Shown here one piece after another: positions 25,043-35,238 of a stretch of 64,000 nucleotides of DNA. The first letter of the stretch is position 1, and each line of letters starts with the position of its first letter. The position numbers and the translations under genes were made by a program. This DNA comes from Tubulanus polymorphus (taxonomy: Eukaryota; Animalia; Nemertea), in assembly GCF_964204645.1 (NCBI RefSeq), contig NC_134028.1, forward strand, positions 22,192,345 to 22,256,344, in the 5' to 3' direction. The notes beneath the pieces are model-generated. The model was not told where the DNA came from. It searched no databases and was given only the letters and a program-made list of their open reading frames with translations.

Positions 25043-25344
25043 AGAACTCGGTTATCAATCACATCATACCGGATGAACAGATAAAACTTAATGCCTCGTC
25101 GCAGTTGTGTCAATTCACATAAAACGCGTGAGATATCTGTTTTTTTCATCACCAAGGTTGAAAATATCGTCCGATATGTTGGTTATGAATATATAAGTAC
25201 ATCTAAGTCATTGCCCGATTCGATTTGATTTATTTGATGGTTATCAAAGCACAAAATATATGAATTAGATTTTAACGTCACAGATAAAGATGATAGACAT
25301 TTTCAGACGTTCTTATTGTCGATATCTCGTGGATTCGAGCCTTT

Positions 25345-27239
25345 TTATTTCGATGACATAATAATTTTCGACATGCCAAGCAGTTGTTTGAGTAGGACGT
25401 CGTTAACCCTGTCAGCTGGTAAAAGCCTCAGAAGCAGTTTAATCAACAAGTTGGCCTGAAAAAGGATGAAAACGGCTATGGAAAAAACCACAATAGATAT
25501 CAAAAGAGAAATGACGTTTCAAAAGAGTAAACAAATCATTTCTTTCGGCTCAGTTCTGATATCAATCTCAGTTTTCGCGAAAGAAAAAAAAATAGTTGAT
25601 GATAATTAGGGAATTTATTTCAAAACTTCGAAGCTGTCAGAAATAAACGTTTTAATCATCCACCGTACGTTTTCCCTTTGGCGTTTTTGTTTTAATTGAA
25701 AGAAATTTCGAGGATCGAGTGATTAGATTCTACTTACGTCGAGATCTTCGTATTGGGTAGGTGGTTTTGCGCAAACACGCGGTCGTGGGTAATTGGCGCT
25801 TCTGTCTTCTTTGAATTTAAGCCGATATGATCCTTGAAATTAATGGAATAAAGAGGTTATCAAAGCTGCGGCCTCGCATATATTGACCAGTTATTGCCTA
25901 CGCGACTCACCGGAAGCCCCAACAGATATTTCTGATAGTAGACATGATTTTGCGTCGTAGGAAATGGATCCTTTTTCTTCAGGGAGAACGTATACGACGG
26001 AATCTCCCACTGTTTTCTTCGTAGCATAATCACCTGCAATCATCGAAACATTAAACATTTACAGTATATCTAAGATGTTCTATCTCCAGTTCATATAGTG
26101 ATAAGGACCCATCCTCGCTCCAACTGGTTGAATCAGTTGCCCTCTGTGGGACCAGGGTCGAAGGCGGTAATGGTTGTTGATTGGGGTCATTGCGCATTGT
26201 ACGTACTTTCGTAGCCGATCTTTAAGAAAATGAATTCTTCGTACTCAAAAATGATTGTTTTGTTTTTAAAAAAATAGTAAATACTCACGTATGGCGCACC
26301 AAAATTTTGAAACTTCACCAGGATTACTCTCGGCGGTCTGCTTGTAGAGATCTTCCAATATTTCTAACTGGCGGCTATTAATACCAGCATTCAAACAGTC
26401 TTCTCCGCCTTCCGGGACGATTTGTAAATTCTGCAAATACAGCACAGGTATACATCCGTTTTAAAATTGGTGTCCAGTTGAATTACAATTGAATTTATTT
26501 GGTGGATTGTTTTTAGTGTTGCATTCTTACAAATGTTTTTAGATCTGCAATTATATCAAATACAAACTTGTCCTTCTTGCCCGTTGAGAAGTCGGCATTC
26601 CATATTTTGAAAAATATGTATTTATTCGACACATCGATATCATAGCTGCAATAATAGAACAACGACATGTCATCTCATGCAGGGACTTCGAACCCGGTGG
26701 GGTGCCGTCTCCAGCACAAGTCGCGATGTATGCGCTAAAACTTGCACTAGTTTAGCTCCCAGCAGGTGTGTTGAGTTTGTAAGGGACACTAAATCAAACG
26801 AATTCGACCAATCAAATAAACAACAGGGTCAATCCCTTTTTTAAGATAAAAAATTTGCATTAGATAAGGGTGCGTTTTCCAACCAACTTTTGCAAATACA
26901 GTGTGTAAGAATACTTGAATTCGATAAAAAGAAAGGAATCCCTATAATACTGCTTTTAACCAATATCCATCAGAATATGTATGATAGAATTAAAATCGGC
27001 TATCACTGGAATAAGCTAGCATCCCTTTGATAAAAAAATTCAGACTGATTTGATTAAACTTACAACCCGGTGTATCTGGTATCGGTAAAGTTCAATGGCT
27101 CATCTATATACGTCAGAGTCTCGATTTTGAAGTCGAAACGTCCTGTATATTTCCATGCCAGGCAGCCACAACCGCTATCACTTTCGGCTGGTGCCGAGAA
27201 CACCGAACCGACAAGAACAGCGAAAACAAATATTTGCAT
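25345..27239 (-). CDS. Secreted six-Cys protein B (253 aa), recent tandem paralog of A. Exons 27064-27239, 26531-26645, 26289-26430, 25911-26033, 25738-25832, 25345-25455
   Basis: 762-nt open spliced frame MQIFVFAVLVGSVFSAPAESDSGCGCLAWKYTG..LLGMSKIIMSSK; introns and promoter still align with gene A. Confidence 0.85.
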
Positions 27240-28663
27240 TGTATTAGAAGCTTGTGATAAAAATACAGAAAATGATATTTGCTGGACTACAAAGCGGCCC
27301 TTTTTTTATACAAAACCCGGTTATCAATCACATCATACCGAATAAACAGATAAAACTTAATGCCACGTCGCAGTTGTGTCAATTCACATAAAACGCGTGA
27401 GATATCTATTTTTTCAACACCAAGGTTGAAAATATCGTTCGATATGCTGGTTATGAATATGTAAGTGTAACTAAGTCATTGCCCGATTCGATTTGATTTA
27501 TCTGATGAATTATCAAAGTTTAAAAAATTTACGAAAACATAACTGATTATTAAACTGACAATCATCAGGACATCGGAAATCATGATTGTCAAGTCGATGC
27601 CTTGGTTGATTCATGAAGCTAAGATTCGTGTCATGTGTCTAATCGATGATAATTCTCTCGATTCGAATTCTATTCGATTTATTTTCAAATATCGTTATTC
27701 TCAAATTCAGGTAGCAAAATGAGGCTAAATTCATTCAAAAGTGGTACAGTGGTAAAGTGAAACTATTTTCTTAAAAGTGGAACTTTTTGTAAGGGCCCAC
27801 GCAAATGTCGGTCCTGGGAGTTAGTCGCACGGAACATTTTTGAAAATGAGATGCAGTGAGATGCAATTTCACAACTCGTAGCAAATTTGAGGAGAAAATG
27901 TTGCTTATTATTCTTGGCCTAAGTCTGGAAGCTTGTTTTTATTCTGAATGAAAACGAATGAAAAAGTGTCACTAACGAGTGAATCTTTTGAAATCGATGC
28001 TCGAAATTTCTTAAGGCCGTCATCTGGGCGGAACTTTGTTGATGAGTGGGAGCCGGGAGGTAGTTCGTTCAAAATTCCGAACCCCCCTAAATACGGGCCA
28101 CGAGTAGACTGCGTTTACCCCGGAGTAGAACCCTTCGGATTATCACGCACCTGTCAGTAATATTTTCTTACTCCAGTTCATCACGATGACGACATCGTCC
28201 TGCTCCACTATGCGGGAATGTCGCGTACCTCGGAGAGAATTTATTGCTTACGTGAGATCCGAAGACTCCCTACTGTGCAATCCCAAATTCCGATCATACC
28301 GTCTGAAACCGTCTCAAAAAGTCGCCAATACCGATCATTAGTTTCCTGATACCGAACAAAAGTTTTTAAACCTTATTTTCTATTAATAATTCTTTTTACA
28401 CATTTACTATTCTTGAAATATTACGAAGTCTCAGTTTCACCAACTGAAGTCTCAGTTCCACCGTTAAGATTTGACTCGATGATCGAAGCTCTAACTAAGA
28501 TTCGAATTTAACGGATAACAGCAGGGAATCATCGGGTTCCCATCCTTCCAAATCCCCATTGCCATGTATAAAAACCTGGTAATGAATTAACACTTAATAA
28601 TATCTTATCTTTCTGATATTTAATACTAATACACATAACGATGATAATGACTCATTATCATCA

Positions 28664-28667
<4 letters not shown>

Positions 28668-28710
<43 letters not shown>

Positions 28711-28832
28711 TAGTGCTTATATAGCTTTCCAAAGAATGCTCATAGCCTGTCACTCAATTATTACCCAGCTTCTGTTACCAATCCAGTACATTCTTACTCT
28801 CCCTGGGGAGGATGCAACACCGATACGCTGCA
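28668..28832 (-). mobile_element. 3' end of a SINE/L2-like retroposon ending in a (TAT)n tail
   Basis: Minus strand reads ..CCTCCCCAGGGAG..CTGGGTAATAATTG..TATGAGC..AGCTATATAAGCACTAA(TTA)n, a typical invertebrate SINE tail layout. Family assignment is from recall only. Confidence 0.5.
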
Positions 28833-29748
28833 GAGCGATCAAGGCGTCGTCTAATGTGTATTAGTATTGAATATGTCGTTGCAATGATGTTCCGGTTTTC
28901 TCCATTCAACTCGACTGCAAGAACTTTTTAACAATACTTCTACGCGGTGTAGATAGATAGATATATAGTTTACTTCCACGAGAAATTGTAACAAATTGTA
29001 CATGTATACAGGACGTTCCAATGTCACTGGTTGGCGCTCATTTAAAGCAAGGTTGCTTGTCGGGTATGAGACACCTATCCCTCACACGCATTCAAAACAC
29101 ATATACTCATCAAGCATACACACATTCACACATTCAAATTTACAAAATTACAAAATTACAAATGGCGGAAGGGGCAAAAATATAATCCCCTAATTCAAGA
29201 TATACATGTGTAGAATACATCAAATAGCATTATATAAATGTGGTGTCGTTCATTTAGCAAAACGTATTCAAAAACGATGGTGCATTCATACTGTACACTT
29301 CCACTAGTCGAACACCTATTTGTGGCATGTACTCTGAAAAATTTGCGAAATGTAAACAGGGAAAAAGAAATAGACATAAGAAGTGTGATAGTCATAAAGA
29401 GACGACTCCGCACACAGTCCCGGACTTGCACTCCGATTCCACAGTAAACTGCACTCACGTCGGATCTTTTGGGACCGTGAGAATGTGTCCGACTTGACTG
29501 ATATCCGAGTCGGATACTTTGTATTTCTCAAATAGTGTTACAAAAATATAAGAGTTGAACGGACCCGACTTTGACGGAGTTTACTGTATAATTGTAGGAT
29601 AGATAAAATAAAATAAAACTACCAAAATGAAAATAACGGTCCATATTGGATAGTTTATTTTCTGAATTGCTTGATTTGATTACGGGGATATATGTATATA
29701 TTGTATTGAAAGTAGCCGGGATGTCATCATAATTAATGTCGGTATTTA

Positions 29749-32700
29749 CTAGCCAGTAACGGTTTGGTTAGTACTAGTCTGATTAGTAGCAGATTGAGTT
29801 GAATTTGAAGCGTTCATCATTAATTGTGCTCTTGCCACGATAGATCTGCCAACATACCAGACGGCCGGGCGGACGTAGTTCCTCTGAAAAAAAGAACAAG
29901 AACGGTATAAAATCTAGTTCATTTTACGTACCTTGATTATTCGTACTTAAAAAAAATAAAAAATAAAAAGCCCGGACACAGTTTCATTACATAAAGGTTG
30001 AACTCTTATACACGTCTATTTTCTTCAATAATTTTTTTACTGAACCGAGTTCGGTGTTAATGTTCTTTTGTGAATCTGGGCCGAGAGCAGCTGACAATAT
30101 CAACAACATCAGAGGCTCTACGTTATGGATGAGAAGGCCACATCCTCAACAGAAAAAATCAGTGAGATCGACATCAAATCCCGCGTGAAAAAAGCTGTGT
30201 TCTTCAAGAATCGCTAAATCCGGTGACGGGTGGTGAGTCAAACAACAATGATAGCTCGTTCCTTGAAAATCTAATTGACAAAGTAAGAAGGAACTCGGAT
30301 ATCATGATTTATAATCCACAAAGCTTAAACTGTAGACGAACATTTTAGGCCCCCGAAAAAAGAAAGTTGTTTCGGTATGCTGTAGAAATTGTTTCGAAGC
30401 GCATATTTTCGTTGGGGAAGAATTGCCCTTAAATCATCACTCTTAATGGCACAAAATCGTAAAAACCACTGAACATCTACTTACGAACATCTTGTACATC
30501 CATAAACGTCTACTCGGGCAGATGGAACGTGGCCCAGAACTCGTATCGACATTGCCTCCTGTGACGTTGAGCGTAATGTCCATGGCTGAAAAATCATAAC
30601 GAAGCCTGACCTTGAATCGAGCACATGTTTGAAGCGTAGTTTATCATTGCCGTCAGACCGACTTACAATTGGTGAAGTTGAAAGCCGCAAATTGTTTCAG
30701 GTAACAAGTGTTAGAATCGTACACTGCTCTGCCGAAATTGTTCTGGTAGATGAGGCTTCCATTTCGAATCGTGCCGTTGAAGTTATCACCTAAATATATA
30801 GCATACATTGTATAGTGTAATTTGAAACTGAAACACAACGGTCTTTGCAGGCAACAGCATGGACGTAAAACAAATGAATTATTTTCATCACAGATCCCAG
30901 TTTCTACGTAAAAAGAAATTCAGTGCCTTTGAAAAATTCCGCAATTTCGTGATTCCGCGATATGACAACGACGCATGTGTGCATGTATGCTAGGGGACAC
31001 TTAAGTCACGCTCGTCATATTTCACATCAGCGAATCGTACCACATAAGAATAGAGTATATTTTTCTAACGAGCGATTGCTTAAGTTTTCATTGATTCAAA
31101 AGAAAAAGTATGTTTGATTTTTAATCAAAGGCTTAATAAAGTAATTGATCACAGAAGACCGAGTAACTACTAGCGTGCCTGGTGGATCCTCGCTTGCCAT
31201 AAGCGGAATCATCGATTACCGCAGTAGCGTTTCGAGTTGCACACTTCGCACTGTTATACTCACGAAGGTAACACCTGTTTGCTTCAAGCTGTTGCAATTG
31301 CGCGTTGAAGTTGAACAAGTCAAAATAACCAAATTGGCTCCAACAATAAGCACCGCTATCCGGAACGAATTGCACATTCTAGAAAAACAGACAAACAAAC
31401 AATGACATTTTTGGAATTTTCGCTAAAGTTTGATAACAAGAGAAACCATTTCTGATCAATAACGTTTTCAAATATTCACAAGCGTCACCTTAAATCACAC
31501 TTATGTGGGAGCGCTCCGTACTGACCATAGGGATGCGAGTTAATATGTAATATTTTCAAAATAAATGTATGACCTCAAGAGTAGATACGTTGGGTATTTG
31601 GGAAGGGCCGCTTTGCGAAACGAAAAAAAGGAAAAGAAAATATGAATAGAAATATTAAAAGGTGAAGATTTTTAGAAATAGATTAGAATCCGTATTGGCA
31701 AATTCAAGAATTTGAGGTTTCTGTTGTCTTTTCTTTTATGAATGACCACCCATAATACAACTCACGCAAAGCGGCTTCTCGAGCCATTTGCTGAGTTCTT
31801 ACTTTCTACGTTGGATATTTTCTTCTATATATTGAATTTCTTGTTATAAAAAAGTATTTCTTACTTGCTTCGCTAAATCGACTAACACTTCAATTTGAGA
31901 AGTAGTCGTATTTCCCGAGGCGAGTCGTTCGTATTTAAATCCCTTCAGGTACACGTTCCGGTTAGCCAAGTCGATTTCATAACTGAAAGTATGACGGTTA
32001 GGCTGGTATATTCTCAGCACAGACGATCCAACAATGGGGTGTCCACGGCGCTATTGTGGCAATCGAGGATTCCACGTATCGCAGACGAGGATCCGCCAGG
32101 TGTCGTTAGTAGATAGTCGGTCGTCTGCGTTTTCAATTTCTTGTACATTTCTGATTGAACTTTTCTTTTAAAATGAAGCAACTATTTATGAAAACTAAAC
32201 CGATATCTGAGTAGAAGAATGAAAGTATTGTATACTTGGTTGGTGCTGTGATAATATATGGATTTTGGAGTCTAAAAATCTGATTCGAAGATCACTGAAA
32301 ATGACATAATTTTGACAACGGATGACCTACTGCTCGTTACGCCATCTGGTGGGATAGCTGGTTTTGCGGTTTTTTCACATTGCGGAAATTTCATGAATAT
32401 TTTGTTTCCCGGAAAATATCTCTTTCAAGCTTTGAATTTCGATAAATTCAAACCATTCAAGAATATTCAATCAATGTATTCAAATGATTCAGAAATGCTC
32501 GTTTGCCTTTGGCACTCGGCATATACGGTGCAAAATATGGCATGTAGTTTCGCTCGTATCAATTCCGACCCTTCTTAAGAATGCTAGTGACGCCTCTAGC
32601 GGTTATAATGTATCAACTGCCTGCATTGATAATAGTATATTTAAACAAAAACCTACCTCCCGAAATAAGCGGTAGTTTCGTCGATCGTGATCTTTTTGGG

Positions 32701-32817
32701 CGACTTCATCGTGTAGAAATCTCCCATGAAATTTCTAGGTAAACAACCGCATTCGTTACTGTTTGTAGCTGCGCTCGCCAAACCAACCAGGAAAGCGAGG
32801 AGAATTATCTTCACCAT
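29749..32817 (-). CDS. Secreted six-Cys protein C (250 aa), divergent paralog of A/B. Exons 32657-32817, 31865-31982, 31264-31378, 30667-30789, 30485-30585, 29749-29883
   Basis: 753-nt open spliced frame: MVKIILLAFLVGLASA, ECGCLPRNFMG, GSYEIDLANR, SGAYC, RCYLR, YDSNTC, SICP. Same six exons, intron phases (2,0,1,1,0) and six cysteines as A/B. Confidence 0.85.
32028..32364 (-). repeat. Dispersed repeat (family E) carrying two CTCF-like motifs
   Basis: Reverse-complement homolog of ~53265-53616; partial copies at ~31152-31230 and ~39508-39559. Confidence 0.8.
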
Positions 32818-35238
32818 AATGAATTATACTAAAAAAAAAGATCAATGAGAATTCAAGACTACTTTTAAACAGCTCGGAGGAGGCGGATGAATACTGAATA
32901 CTTGCTTCTCGAACGTGAAAATGAAAAAACATCTTACGATAAAAATCGACATTCAGAACGTATCGGGTGCAATGCGAGGTTTGTCACAATATCTGACTCA
33001 AATATCATATATGAAATTAATTACTACACGCACTGATCACAAATGTGGACTCTAGACACAAACTGAGAAATTCTGTTCGAATAAGATTACCAATCACAGT
33101 TTATTATAGTATAATTGAGAATATACCAAAATTTAGCAAGTAAAATGTGGACTTTCAAGTAACTCCACACATAAAAGAGAAATTCAGATGAAATGCGATT
33201 GCTAATCACAGCTTATTATGGTATTTTTGAACAGAAATTACTACTATAGTCTACACAAATCGCTAGATCTACGGTTATGTGGCACTTTAGCATATTACAT
33301 TTAATTTAGTTTAATAAAGCGATTGAGAGAAAATATCGCAGCGTCGTCCTAACGCTGTAATATTGACAATGGCCGGTCTTAAGATTTAGGCCTTTTTTTC
33401 GACTATGGACTGACCCCTGGTTATAGCGCAAGCTTACCACTGTAATTTGTTTCCTGTCAACTATGAATCCCAATTCTTATTGGAATATCTTACATCTCAA
33501 TCTTATAGAATTTATTAATTCTTTTTCGAAAAGAAGCCATGCGGCGCTCCCATCAAATTCCCTACAATTTCCACGCGAACAGATATGAAAACTTAGTTCA
33601 ATTGGTGGTTTTTACGTCAGGATTAATCCGGGCGATAATGAAGAGAAGAATCCCCGATTTTCGCCCATGTTTGCCGTTTTAGTTAACACGAACTTTCAAT
33701 TCAATGTTGATGGATGATAATCCTAACATTTTCCCTGTTATTGATTGATTTCAAATGAAATGATTAGTTAGATTAACATTCGTATGTAATCAACGCTTGT
33801 ATTCATCTTTGATAGAACTTATGAATTGTTGAATACCGATAGGTAGAAGTTGAAATGATATAAAATTGAATTCATAGATAATTCCAGCCGTTTGTAATTT
33901 CTAATACTTACGTTTTTTGTACGGGACAACAATGATCTGCAATGCGTTTCAGTCGCTGGTAATCTGCGGAATGGCGACTGCAAATTGACAAACACCCCTA
34001 CTCGAATCAGTTCCAGGCTCAGATGAGTGAAATCTGAGACGATTTTAAGTAGTTTTCGTTTGTTCATTCGTCTATATTGGCAACTCGATCCAACATCCAG
34101 CGTGGAATCTTTAAACATTCGGAAATGTGTATAGTGGGCAGCTGTGAAAATTCAATACTTCAATTCGTGCGAAATACATAAAAATCATACATTTTTGTTC
34201 ATCTATTTAGCGCATGATAGCCATTCGACAGCATTTCGAAAGGTTTTAAGGGGCAAATTTCTCAATTTAGATAGGGGCCTGCTGATTTCCCTATCGGGTA
34301 CTATAGCTCTAATAACGTGAAAAGGGTATTTCAGAACGGTATATCTTAATGCCAATAAATTTACGAGGTACCGTACGCGAATTTGGGGCAGCTCGGAGCA
34401 GGGATACGTTGGTCGTTACTATACAATGGGATGCAGGATATTTTCAATACAGTTTCCTGGGTACGCAATTATTCAACGCAATGACCCCAGAGTAGAGGTT
34501 ACTGTTCTGATCGAAGAAGTCCACAATTTGGAGGTCCGCCTTTCTGATTAAACTTGTAAGTCAGTACCGTAGCGGTCCATGGATCGGCACCATAGAAACG
34601 CGAAAGCACGTGATACGCGGAGAAAGATCAAAGATTCCGCCTGTCGACACGAATTGGATCCTAACTACGCTGATAATTTTTAATAGTGTCCATGAGACAT
34701 TGCAGATTGTGACAATTTTTGTCCCAGTCGAAGCACCCTGAATTACTTAATTCGGGCGGCGCGTCATTGTCAAATCGCGCAAATGACGTGTACGTCAGTG
34801 TAGAGATGAATCTGATCCTAGCCTTTTGAAACTTATGTATTGACGGTTGTAATTGTATTATCCAGGGCTCGTGGACTCCGGTAGGGTCCGTGGGGATTTT
34901 TCGACGTAGAAATTGAACTTGCCCGCAAGTCAATTGTGCCACCTGATGAAAAATAGTTCAAAAATTCAATTTTTCTTATGCACAAATTAGAAATCTGACT
35001 TAAAACCGGGCGTGACTGTAATATCAAACCTATAACCTGTTTTTGTCTGTTAGTGAATCGTCTCATTTTTGATCAATAAATACATTGCATTGAATTGGAA
35101 TGTTACCTGAAGCGCGCGACATAGGTTGTTTTGTGGATCCACCAGGAAGTGAAAAAGTGACCTACTTTTCGGATTTGTTGGGTCTAATTTTTTCGGATTT
35201 CGACCCCCGAGTGTCGGCAGCCTGGTGCACATCCGATT

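Noticed and set aside
32200-32576. Possible extra exons of gene C in intron 1
   Set aside because: The AG near 32295 lies in a dispersed repeat also found at 53.3 kb; exon 1 joins 31982 in frame and matches the structure of paralogs A/B.
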